Below, piece after piece: positions 27,744-36,689 of a DNA stretch of 64,000 nucleotides; the stretch's first letter is position 1; every line of letters begins with the position of its first letter. The stretch is from assembly GCA_937903605.1 (NCBI GenBank), contig CALCZC010000028.1, forward strand, positions 70,680-134,679, in the 5' to 3' direction. Under the pieces are notes generated by a model. That model searched no databases and was not told where the DNA came from. It saw nothing but the letters and a program-made list of their open reading frames with translations. The translations under genes and the position numbers were made by a program. This DNA comes from an uncultured bacterium (lineage in GTDB: Bacteria > Patescibacteriota > Patescibacteriia > Magasanikbacterales > GWA2-37-8).

Positions 27744-30700
27744 GTGTCGTTCACTCACCTCCACGTCCACAGCCATTACTCGCTTTTGGACGGACTGCCA
27801 AAAATCAAAGAACTGGTAAAGACCGCGAAGAAACGCGGTTTTTCGGCGTTGGCTCTGACTGATCACGGCAATATGTATGGCGCGATTGAGTTTTATGAAG
27901 CTTGTCTCAAAGAAGAAATCAAACCAATCATTGGTATGGAAGGATATATTGCCAGCGGATCGCGATTTGAAAAAAATCCTCAAGATAAATATTTTCATAT
28001 TTTATTATTGGCGGAAAATTATACAGGATATAGAAATCTGATGAAACTTTCATCTCTGGCGCATACCGAAGGGTTTTATTATAAACCGCGCATGGATAAA
28101 GAGTTGTTGCGACAATATAGCGAAGGACTTATTTGCAGTACCGCTTGTATGGGTGGAGAAATCCCGCGAATTTTGCATAAAGAAAACAATTATGAAAAAG
28201 CCAAAGCTACGGCTCTGGAGTATGACGAGATTTTTGGTCGTGGAAATTTTTTCTTGGAACTTCTGGATGTGCCGGCGCTCGAAGGTCAAGCTGAAGTCAA
28301 TAATCAACTTATCCAAATCAGCAAGGAAACCGGGATACCTCTTATCGTGACGCGCGATGTCCACTATCTCAACCCCGAAGACGCGGAAGCTCAAGACACT
28401 TTGACCTGTATTCGCGACGGTAAAACCTTGGAGGATACGGATAGAAATACTATGGTCGGGATGGATTTTTCTCTTTGCGAAGAAAAAGAAATCGCCACGC
28501 GTTTCAAACATGTGCCGGAAGCCATAGAAAACACCGGTAAAATCGCACAGCGAGTAAATCTGGTATTGGAGCTCAACAAATGGCATTTTCCGCCGATTGA
28601 ACTGCCGCCGGGTAAAACCGCCGATGAATATCTCAGAGACGAGGTTTATACCAGATTACCCAAACTCATTGAATTTACAGATACTGTCAAAGAAAGAGCT
28701 GATTATGAACTCGGTATTATTGCTAAAAAAGGTTACTCGCCTTATTTTATTGCCGTAGCCGAATATGTAAATTATGCTCGTGAAAACGGAATCATGGAAA
28801 CCACCAGAGGTTCGGGTGCCGGCTCTATAGTTTCTTACGCCATGGGTATTACGACGGTCAATCCTTTATTTTTTAAACTTCCTTTTGAACGTTTCTTGAA
28901 TCCTTATCGTCCATCGCCTCCGGATATTGATGCGGATTTTGCCGACGACAGACGCGATGAGATGATAGCATATGTGACCAAAAAATACGGCGAGGACAAA
29001 GTGGCACAGATTATCACTTTTGGTACCATGATGGCGCGCGGTGCGATACGAGATGTGGGTAGAGCTTTGGGTTACGCTTATTCTTTTTGCGATCAAGTGG
29101 CCAAACTTATTCCCGCCGGGGCGCAAGGCTTCCAAGTGACTATCGCCAAAGCGCTGGAACTGGAGCCTGACCTCAAAGATTTATACAACAAAAACGCGCA
29201 AGTAAAACGTTTGTTGGATTTGGCACAAAAGATAGAAGGTTGCGCGCGACATACTTCAATACACGCGGCCGGGGTAGTTATTTCACCGACTCCGTTGACC
29301 GATTTCACACCCGTGCAAAGAGAAACCGGCGGGGAAAGGATAGTTACTCAATACGAGATGCACACTGTAGAAGCGGCCGGTGTTTTGAAAATGGATTTCT
29401 TGGGTATCCGCAACCTGTCTATTTTAGGTCGGGCGGTTGAAATTATTGAAAAAACTGCGGGAGTGAAAATAGATGTTTTCAATATCCCTTGGGATGATAA
29501 AAAAACTTATGAAATGTTGGCGCGCGGAGAAACTGTCGGTGTATTTCAGTTGTCTAGCTCCGGCATGACTCGATATCTCAAAGAATTAAAACCAAGTTCT
29601 ATATTTGATATCATGGCGATGGTGGCGCTTTTTCGCCCGGGTCCGATGGCTGTGATTCCGGATTATATCGCGCGTAAACAAAATCCCGATCTCATCAAAT
29701 ATTTGGATCCTCGCATGGAAAGTTATCTTGATCAGTCGCTTGGTTTGATTGTTTATCAAGACGATGTTTTGCTCACGGCCATTAATCTCGCCGGTTACAA
29801 TTGGGAAGAAGCCGATAAATTTCGTAAAGCCATGGGTAAAAAAATTCCCGAAGAAATGGAAAAACAAAAAGAGAAATTTTTCAAAGGTTGCAAAGAAGTC
29901 GGTAAGCTCAAACCGGAACTTATTGAAGAACTGTGGCATCTCATCGAACCGTTTGCAGCCTATGGTTTCAACAAAGCGCACGCCGCCTCTTATGCGGTGG
30001 TAGCTTATCAAACTGCGTATCTCAAAGCCAATTATCCTATCCAATATATGACCGCTATCTTGATAGCCGAAAGCGGGGATATGGATAAAGTGCCGGAAGT
30101 TATTCACGAATGCGAGAAAATGGGGATAAAAGTTTTACCGCCGGATGTGAACCAAAGTTTCAAAAGTTTTGCCATGATTACGCCTGATGACGGCAGTACT
30201 CCCTACATACGTTTTGGACTTAACGGAGTAAAAAATTTGGGCGAACATATTGCCGAAGTTATATATCGTACGCGTAAAGATGGTGGAAAATACCAGACTC
30301 TGGAAGATTTTATCAAACGTGTTAACGATAAAGATCTCAACAAAAAATCTCTGGAAGCGCTCATCAAATGCGGGGCATTGGACGCTTTTGGTTATGATAG
30401 AGGAGTGTTGCTGAATAATATTGAAAATTTGTTGAATTTTATTAAACAAAATAATGAACAAAACAATTCTAATCAAAATTCTCTTTTTGCTGGCAGTAGT
30501 ATCGGTTTTAGCAATAAAATAAAAATCAAAGATGCGCCCCCTGCAACCAAAGAAGAAATGCTAAAGTGGGAAAAAGAATTGCTTGGCGTGTATGTTACCG
30601 CGCACCCGTTTGAATTTTACGCCAAAAAGATGGAAAAATGTTTGACTCCAATAAAAGAATTAACAAATTTAGGTAAAAAACAATGGGTTGTAATTGGCGG

Positions 30701-31214
30701 AATTATTGAATTCGCCAAGAAAAAAATTACGCGTAGCGGTAAAACTATGATGTTTGCAACTATTGGCGATTTGACCGATAAATTGGAGCTTTTGATTTTC
30801 CCAAAAACTTACGAAACCACCAAGGATGTTTGGGTAGAAGGAAGAAATGTTTGTGTGATAGGGCGTACCAGCGAAGAAGAAGGGGATAATAAATTGTTTG
30901 TGGAAAAAGCATATGAGATAACACCGGAAAATTATATGGAGCTTACACAACAATTGGCAATGGGTAAAGAGCTTGGTTCTTCAAACGAAGAAAATAGTTT
31001 AAGAGAAGAAAGTATTACTTTGATTTTAAGTCTTGCGCAAGTCAAAGAAAAAGCCGATGTTATAAAAAGTATTTTGGCTAAATATCCGGGCGATATGCAG
31101 GTTTATCTTCGTGTCGGAGATAAGACGATAAAGACGCAATATCAAATAACATTTGACGATAATCTTAAAAAAGAGTTGGAAGATTTGTTGGGAGAGGGGA
31201 AGATAGTTATATAA
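27744..31214 (+). CDS. dnaE: DNA polymerase III alpha subunit
   Basis: PHP domain HLHVHSHYSLLDG, RGSGAGS, PDIDADF, KMDFLG, YGFNKAH, OB domain. GTG start. Confidence 0.98.
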   Translation: MSFTHLHVHSHYSLLDGLPKIKELVKTAKKRGFSALALTDHGNMYGAIEFYEACLKEEIKPIIGMEGYIASGSRFEKNPQDKYFHILLLAENYTGYRNLMKLSSLAHTEGFYYKPRMDKELLRQYSEGLICSTACMGGEIPRILHKENNYEKAKATALEYDEIFGRGNFFLELLDVPALEGQAEVNNQLIQISKETGIPLIVTRDVHYLNPEDAEAQDTLTCIRDGKTLEDTDRNTMVGMDFSLCEEKEIATRFKHVPEAIENTGKIAQRVNLVLELNKWHFPPIELPPGKTADEYLRDEVYTRLPKLIEFTDTVKERADYELGIIAKKGYSPYFIAVAEYVNYARENGIMETTRGSGAGSIVSYAMGITTVNPLFFKLPFERFLNPYRPSPPDIDADFADDRRDEMIAYVTKKYGEDKVAQIITFGTMMARGAIRDVGRALGYAYSFCDQVAKLIPAGAQGFQVTIAKALELEPDLKDLYNKNAQVKRLLDLAQKIEGCARHTSIHAAGVVISPTPLTDFTPVQRETGGERIVTQYEMHTVEAAGVLKMDFLGIRNLSILGRAVEIIEKTAGVKIDVFNIPWDDKKTYEMLARGETVGVFQLSSSGMTRYLKELKPSSIFDIMAMVALFRPGPMAVIPDYIARKQNPDLIKYLDPRMESYLDQSLGLIVYQDDVLLTAINLAGYNWEEADKFRKAMGKKIPEEMEKQKEKFFKGCKEVGKLKPELIEELWHLIEPFAAYGFNKAHAASYAVVAYQTAYLKANYPIQYMTAILIAESGDMDKVPEVIHECEKMGIKVLPPDVNQSFKSFAMITPDDGSTPYIRFGLNGVKNLGEHIAEVIYRTRKDGGKYQTLEDFIKRVNDKDLNKKSLEALIKCGALDAFGYDRGVLLNNIENLLNFIKQNNEQNNSNQNSLFAGSSIGFSNKIKIKDAPPATKEEMLKWEKELLGVYVTAHPFEFYAKKMEKCLTPIKELTNLGKKQWVVIGGIIEFAKKKITRSGKTMMFATIGDLTDKLELLIFPKTYETTKDVWVEGRNVCVIGRTSEEEGDNKLFVEKAYEITPENYMELTQQLAMGKELGSSNEENSLREESITLILSLAQVKEKADVIKSILAKYPGDMQVYLRVGDKTIKTQYQITFDDNLKKELEDLLGEGKIVI

Positions 31215-31332
31215 CTCAAAAGTCAAAACTCAAAAGTCAAAACTTTGGTGTCCCGATAAATCGGGACGATTAATTTTAAATTTTTAATTGCAATTTTGCA
31301 TTTTTAATTTTAACTTTTAAATTTTTTGCATT
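31213..31332. repeat. Inverted 7-mer array element with central GTCCCGA..TCGGGAC hairpin
   Basis: CTCAAAAGTCAAAACTCAAAAGTCAAAACTTTGGTGTCCC matches the reverse complement of 20851-20887. Confidence 0.8.
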
Positions 31333-32148
31333 GTGCCCGAACTACCTGAAGTTGAAACAATCAAAAGACAGTTGGATAAGCTAACAGCCGGCAAAAAGAT
31401 TGTTTCCGCCGAGTTTTTTGGTCCGCAAAAAATGATAAATTTACCCAAAAATAAATTTTTGAAAATATTGACTGGAGCAAAAATCGTTGGTGTAAATCGT
31501 CGGGCGAAATTATTGATTTTGGAGTTAAATAACGATTATTTTTTACTGACTCATTTGAAAATGACCGGTAAATATCTTTGGAATATGCCCAAAGATAAAC
31601 ACACTCATCTGGTTTTAAGATTAAATGGTAAAAACCAACTTAATTTCAAAGATGTGCGAAAATTCGGTTATTTGAAATTAGTCAAAAAAGAAGAAATGTT
31701 GGAAATTTTGAAAAATACTTATGGTCCGGAACCGCTTGGCAGGGGTTTTACTTTTTCACAATTTGAAAAAATGTTATTACAAAAACCTAAAAGTAAAATA
31801 AAGCAATTATTACTCGACCAAAAATTTATTGCTGGAATTGGTAATATTTATGCCGGAGAAGCTTGTTTTTATGCCAATATTTTACCGGATAGAAAAGTCG
31901 CGACTTTGAAGCGTCAAGAAATTCAAAAATTATTTCAAGGATTAAAAAGTATTTTAACCATGGCGGTTAAATGTGGCGGGACTACGGCGGATGATTATCT
32001 AGATTGTTATGGTAACAGGGGAAATTATGCGGCTAAATTAAAAGTCTACGGACGTAAAGGTTTATCATGTTACAAATGTAAAACTATTTTGCAGGAAAGT
32101 AGACTTGGTGGTAGGGGAACAGTCTATTGTCTCAAATGTCAAAAATAA
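31333..32148 (+). CDS. mutM: Formamidopyrimidine-DNA glycosylase
   Basis: PELPEVE N-terminus, HLKMTG, LLDQK.IAGIGNIYA, C-terminal C4 zinc finger. Confidence 0.97.
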   Translation: MPELPEVETIKRQLDKLTAGKKIVSAEFFGPQKMINLPKNKFLKILTGAKIVGVNRRAKLLILELNNDYFLLTHLKMTGKYLWNMPKDKHTHLVLRLNGKNQLNFKDVRKFGYLKLVKKEEMLEILKNTYGPEPLGRGFTFSQFEKMLLQKPKSKIKQLLLDQKFIAGIGNIYAGEACFYANILPDRKVATLKRQEIQKLFQGLKSILTMAVKCGGTTADDYLDCYGNRGNYAAKLKVYGRKGLSCYKCKTILQESRLGGRGTVYCLKCQK

Positions 32149-32177
32149 AAATACTCCACTTAAATGGAGTATTTTTT
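32147..32177. terminator. Bidirectional terminator between mutM and tsaD
   Basis: AAAAATACTCCA-CTTAAA-TGGAGTATTTTTT. Confidence 0.75.
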
Positions 32178-33235
32178 TAACCTATTTCCCAAGTCGGATT
32201 TGCTTGTAGTTTTTTCCAAGGAATAAATTTTTTATTTTTGGCTTTGTAATATCCGGCTACTGCCAGCATGGTGGCGTTATCCATACAATATTTTAATTCC
32301 GGTATTAGCAACAGCACGCCTAAAGGTTTGATTTTTTCTTCCATAGTTTGACGCAATTTGGTGTTAGCTGTGACTCCGCCTCCCATCACAACAGTTTTGG
32401 GTTTATATTTTTTGATAGCGCGAACGGTTTTTTCTGTGAGCACATCAATGATAGCTTGTTCAAAACTTGCGCAAAAATCTTGTAGTTTCTTTTTGTTGTT
32501 AGCTGGATTTTTTTGTAGATGATAAAGTACAGCGGTTTTCAGACCCGAGAAACTAAAGTTGAAATTATCTTGATTGAGCATAGGTCGTGGAAAATCTATT
32601 GCTTTACCATTTCCTTTTTGAGCCAAGATAGAAATTTTTGGTCCACCAGGATAAGAGAGTTTGAGCATTTTAGCAACTTTATCAAAACATTCTCCGGCTG
32701 CATCATCCAATGTCGCGCCGATTAATTTATAATTGCCTGGTTTTTTCATCAAAACGAGTTCAGTGTGCCCACCGCTGACAATCAGAGCCAGAGCGGGATA
32801 TTGTATGGACTTCGGACTTCGGACTTCGGACTTCGCTCGGTTATTTTTTTGAAGTCTGTAGTCTGTAGACTGAAGACCGATCTCCACCGAATGGATATGA
32901 CCTTCGAGGTGATTCACGGAAACCAAAGGTTTTTTTAGGAAGTAAGAAAGATTTCGAGCAGTTTCTACTCCGACAATCAATCCAGTGATAAGTCCTGGAC
33001 CGGAAGCCACAGTTATGATATCCGGTTTTCCTTCTTTGCTTATCTCTTCAACCAAAGGGATAATTTTTTCCGCGTGCATGCGGCCGGCGATTTCCGGTAT
33101 AACTCCGCCGAATTTTTTATGTAAATCTATTTGTGAAGCGGTTTTTTCCGCAATTACAAAAAAACCCTTATTCGAGCATTCGACTAGGGCAACAGATGTG
33201 TCATCACATGAACTTTCAATCGCTAAAATTTTCAT
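32177..33235 (-). CDS. tsaD: tRNA N6-adenosine threonylcarbamoyltransferase TsaD
   Basis: ILAIESSCDDT, GGVIPEIA.R.H, NHLEGH, VSGGHT, DDAAGE.FDK, DNA.M. Confidence 0.97.
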   Translation of the reverse strand: MKILAIESSCDDTSVALVECSNKGFFVIAEKTASQIDLHKKFGGVIPEIAGRMHAEKIIPLVEEISKEGKPDIITVASGPGLITGLIVGVETARNLSYFLKKPLVSVNHLEGHIHSVEIGLQSTDYRLQKNNRAKSEVRSPKSIQYPALALIVSGGHTELVLMKKPGNYKLIGATLDDAAGECFDKVAKMLKLSYPGGPKISILAQKGNGKAIDFPRPMLNQDNFNFSFSGLKTAVLYHLQKNPANNKKKLQDFCASFEQAIIDVLTEKTVRAIKKYKPKTVVMGGGVTANTKLRQTMEEKIKPLGVLLLIPELKYCMDNATMLAVAGYYKAKNKKFIPWKKLQANPTWEIG

Positions 33236-33239
33236 AAAA

Positions 33240-33509
33240 TCAATTTAAATACTTTTTGCTTCGAAGAGTTTTTTCCAGTTGAATTTTTAATTCATTGTGA
33301 CCTTTACCGCCTTTAAAAAATAATTCGCGTTTTTTTGCATCATCCCTACTTAAGTATGCTTCGTAATAAATCAATTTCAAAGGTCTTCGAAATTTTGTTG
33401 CTTTTACTAAACCGTTGGAATGGTTTAAATACCTTTGCTTTAAATTATTTGTATAACCAATATACAATTTTTTGTCTTTTTGACTGTATAATATATAAAC
33501 GTAAAACAT
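33240..33509 (-). CDS. Small GIY-YIG nuclease family protein
   Basis: FYVYIL, KLYIGYT, R...H..G, T..RRP.KL.YYE, A..RE..FK; AGGAGG RBS. Confidence 0.9.
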   Translation of the reverse strand: MFYVYILYSQKDKKLYIGYTNNLKQRYLNHSNGLVKATKFRRPLKLIYYEAYLSRDDAKKRELFFKGGKGHNELKIQLEKTLRSKKYLN

Positions 33510-33524
33510 ACCCTCCTAAAGTTT

Positions 33525-33650
33525 AAGGACGCTAAGCGTCCTTTTAAGATTACGTTAATTTAATTGTGGAGTGGGACGCTAAGCGTCCCTATTACAACGC
33601 TCAGCTTAGAGTGGGACGCTAAGCGTCCCGAATACGACGCTAAGCGTCGT
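33525..33650. repeat. Cluster of GACGCTAAGCGTC hairpins between tRNA-Met and the GIY-YIG gene
   Basis: Four exact copies (33528, 33575, 33615, 33636) plus one degenerate copy; 40 bp period between 33569 and 33609. Confidence 0.9.
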
Positions 33651-33723
33651 GTCAGGGGGGAGAGTCGAACTCCCGACCTAAGGGTTATGAATCCTTCGCT
33701 CTTACCAACTGAGCTACCCTGAC
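33650..33723 (-). tRNA. tRNA-Met(CAT), elongator type (Ile2 not excluded)
   Basis: Minus strand GTCAGGG...CCCTGACA acceptor, anticodon loop TTCATAA, T loop GTTCGACTC; G1-C72 paired, so not initiator. Confidence 0.92.
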
Positions 33724-33946
33724 AAATTTTGTTTTATATTTATATCAAAATTGATTTGATTATAAATAACCATTGTCTTCAGGCAAGTCCTGCCCGTCCG
33801 CAGTTCTGCAGGAACGGAGGCGGGAGCTACCCTGACATAAGTGTAAATATTATAGCTTATTTTATGAAAAAGTCAAGACGAGGAGTATCCTTTACAAAAT
33901 AACTATTTTGTGCTAATTTAAAGTAAATAATAATTAAAAATTTTTT

Positions 33947-34588
33947 ATGGAACCATATAATCAAAATGAAGGAGAAAATAAGATTTTTAAGGAAAATTTA
34001 GAAAATCAGGCGATTAAAAAAGAAGAAGCCCCGTTGGTTAATAGCAAGATTCCTAAAATCGTAATATCTCTGATAATTTTCTTGGCCGTTGTCGTTTTAA
34101 TTTTTGTAATAAATAAAGTTATACAAAAAAATGATAAAAATAAGCCTGAAGACGATTATTTAACTTGGAAAAATAATAGCACTACGACGATAGAAGCTGG
34201 GCTGACAACTACAACTTTAGAAACAGCAACTACTACACAGACAGCAGTTAAAAAAACAATTACCAAAAAAATTATCTCTCCTACAAAACCAGCTTCTACT
34301 TCTTTGTCGGCTACAAATGATTATTTGAAAGCGCGAAATACTTACCAAACCTCCGGTTATTATTTTCAGTTCTTAAATTGTAAAGGTACCCCAGGTATTT
34401 TGACGGTTAAAAAAGGCGCCAAATTGATGCTTGATAATCGTGATGATAAAACGAGAAAAATAGTTTTTATCGGTAAGCTTTATAATATCAACGCTTATGG
34501 TTATGTGATAGTTACCGCGGATAAACTTGGTAAACACTATATAACTTGTGATGGTGGTGGTGCAGCGCAAATAACCGTGCAACCATAA
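33947..34588 (+). CDS. Membrane-anchored protein with Thr-rich stalk and small beta-rich C-terminal domain
   Basis: Single TM, TTTT tracts, C-terminal domain with two Cys ending ITVQP (cupredoxin-like by eye); terminator 34642-34672. Confidence 0.75.
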   Translation: MEPYNQNEGENKIFKENLENQAIKKEEAPLVNSKIPKIVISLIIFLAVVVLIFVINKVIQKNDKNKPEDDYLTWKNNSTTTIEAGLTTTTLETATTTQTAVKKTITKKIISPTKPASTSLSATNDYLKARNTYQTSGYYFQFLNCKGTPGILTVKKGAKLMLDNRDDKTRKIVFIGKLYNINAYGYVIVTADKLGKHYITCDGGGAAQITVQP

Positions 34589-34690
34589 AAATTTAATTTA
34601 GTCATAGTGATCCCGTCCCTAAAATTTGAATTAAATAGAACGACCCCGCCCTTTATAAGGAGCGGGGTTTTTATTAAAAAAATTTTTAAT

Positions 34691-35290
34691 AAAAAAACCG
34701 GCAAAAATGCCGGGTAAAATAGTAATGAGAAAGAATAAGAATTAAGTTTTTAGGTTGTGATAAACAAGGAGGAGAGAGGTGATAATTTCTTGCAGTCAAA
34801 ATTGACGCAAGGAATTATCAAAAGTCTCAACGCTGTTTATAGTTCAACCTTCGATTTTTCGGCAATCGATTTGCCGGCTTTTTTCAGAAATACTAAACTG
34901 TTTTAGACGGAATAAACCGGAAGCAAAGCGCTCTTCAAACGAAAACTTTTTGAAGACAGTTTTCATCTTGGACCTAACGGGTCTTATATCGAAAACTTTT
35001 AGTTAGTTTTCAACTGAAGTTTGACGATTTTCAACCGAGGACATTGCAAGCAAGTTCTCGGCTTATATCGGTTATAAAATAAAAGTTGTTTTTTGGACAC
35101 CTGTCCAGATCATACAGAAGAGGACAAGAAGAGCAAAAAATTTAAGAGAAGAAGAAAATAAAATATTCAAAAATGATTGGAAGGGCAAAAAGACAACTCT
35201 GAACTTAAACTTATTCGGTACTATTTTTTCGGGGGATAAAGAACGAATCAGTTCTAGCTATGCCCCCTGGACATAGCAGAACTTTAGCTA
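34691..35290. ncRNA. Candidate large structured non-coding RNA, family unknown
   Basis: No ORF of 60 aa or more, at least six predicted helices, minus-strand extended -10 at 35297-35305 and minus-strand terminator at 34691-34713. Strand unresolved. Confidence 0.45.
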
Positions 35291-35441
35291 AAAGGTATTA
35301 TATCACAAATTAGCCAAATTTTAAATATGCAAAAACATTTTTGGCTTTATTTTCTCTAATTTTAGAGAAAATTTAGCTTGGGGATAACTTACAAAAAAAT
35401 CCGACTCAAGGTCGGATTTTTTTGTTTTATTTTAGCTGTTT

Positions 35442-36665
35442 TTATGGTAATTCTATTTCTTTTTGTTTTCTACCAAATAAGAAATAACCGATGATAATCA
35501 GAATACAAATTATAATAATTGTTTTATAAACTGGAATATACAAATTTACTATTTCAAACAAGCTTATAAAACGCAAAGTGATTGTGCCGTTTACCGTTTC
35601 CACGTTATTTATTAATTGTGTGTCTTGTTTACCAAGTTCAATTAAATTATTTTCTACGTTTTTTATTTGATTATCAAAATTTTCCAGATCTTTTTCATGC
35701 TGAGTCATGGTTCTCAATAATTCGGATACAAAATTGTTGTGAGTTTGGCGCGCATCATTTAATTGATCATCTAATTTTTTGGCAGTCTCTTTTTCGGTTG
35801 AAGAAACTGTTTTTCTTTGTTCCACTATATTTTCCATTATTCTTTGTAATCTACTTATTTCTTTATTTAATGAAGCATATTTTTCATCATATTTTTTGAT
35901 ATTGTCCGTGCGTTCCATTTTCAAATTATCCAAAGAGGTACTGGCGTATTCAGTTTGTTGTTCAATATTTTGTTTTTGTCCCAGTAAGTTGGTACTATTT
36001 TCATGGAGAGTAATAAATTTTTCTGGAAACATTTCAGTAACTTCTTCTATAAAAGATTCATAAGTTGATTTTGGTAGAACAAAATTGATGTTGGCGTATC
36101 TTTCATTCAAGTTGGCGCTGTCTATACGACCGTCATAACCGCGAATCATGGTTTTGAGACGAGTGTGCATCTTTTCCACTTTTCTGGTTTTGATATCCAA
36201 ACCAAAATTGGTTTTGAGATATTCGCGTGTATCGGTAATATCTACAGTTTTTGGAGAAGGAAAACGAAAAGATTCTGTATATTCGGAAACAGTATTTACT
36301 ATTTTTTCCGATAACGATTCTGATTCACCCAATCCGACGTGAGAGGCGGCCATTATCCCAAAGTCTCCTCCGGCTCCAGCTATATTAGATTCTGATGTCA
36401 ATCCTGTATCAAATTGATTTTCTACATAACTGATAGGAATTTCTCTCATTGTTTTGTTATAGCTTATCATCAGAAGTACTGCCAAAGCCGGCACAGCGGC
36501 AACCATTAGCCAACGCCAGGTAAAATGGTGTTTAGTTTTTGTTTCTTCCAAAGTTGGGCGTAGTGAATCTAGCACATTTTGTTTGATAATATCATTGTTG
36601 GGAGAAATTTTTTGAGATTTTTTTCCCCAACGTGTCAAATTGTCGGATATTTTTTTGTAAAACAT
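35442..36665 (-). CDS. DUF4349-like membrane protein, probable anti-sigma partner
   Basis: N-terminal TM, YDGRIDS..L...LP....F domain, long coiled coil, C-terminal TM; directly after an ECF sigma gene. Confidence 0.65.
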   Translation of the reverse strand: MFYKKISDNLTRWGKKSQKISPNNDIIKQNVLDSLRPTLEETKTKHHFTWRWLMVAAVPALAVLLMISYNKTMREIPISYVENQFDTGLTSESNIAGAGGDFGIMAASHVGLGESESLSEKIVNTVSEYTESFRFPSPKTVDITDTREYLKTNFGLDIKTRKVEKMHTRLKTMIRGYDGRIDSANLNERYANINFVLPKSTYESFIEEVTEMFPEKFITLHENSTNLLGQKQNIEQQTEYASTSLDNLKMERTDNIKKYDEKYASLNKEISRLQRIMENIVEQRKTVSSTEKETAKKLDDQLNDARQTHNNFVSELLRTMTQHEKDLENFDNQIKNVENNLIELGKQDTQLINNVETVNGTITLRFISLFEIVNLYIPVYKTIIIICILIIIGYFLFGRKQKEIELP

Positions 36666-36689
36666 ATAATTGAGATTTTAGATCAATAT

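Noticed and set aside
27744-31214. Intein or intron in dnaE
   Set aside because: Length (1156 aa) and motif spacing are normal; no splicing or homing-endonuclease motifs seen.
33525-33650. Possible CRISPR array (regularly spaced palindromes)
   Set aside because: Repeats are only 13-19 bp, intervening sequences are themselves repeated or very short, and no cas genes are in the window.
34691-35290. RNase P RNA, tmRNA or SRP RNA as the identity of the structured locus
   Set aside because: CTCGGCTTATA (35057-35067) resembles the RNase P 3' motif, but the matching GAGGAAAGTCC is absent. No tmRNA-like termini or SRP helix-8 motif were seen. A covariance search is still needed.
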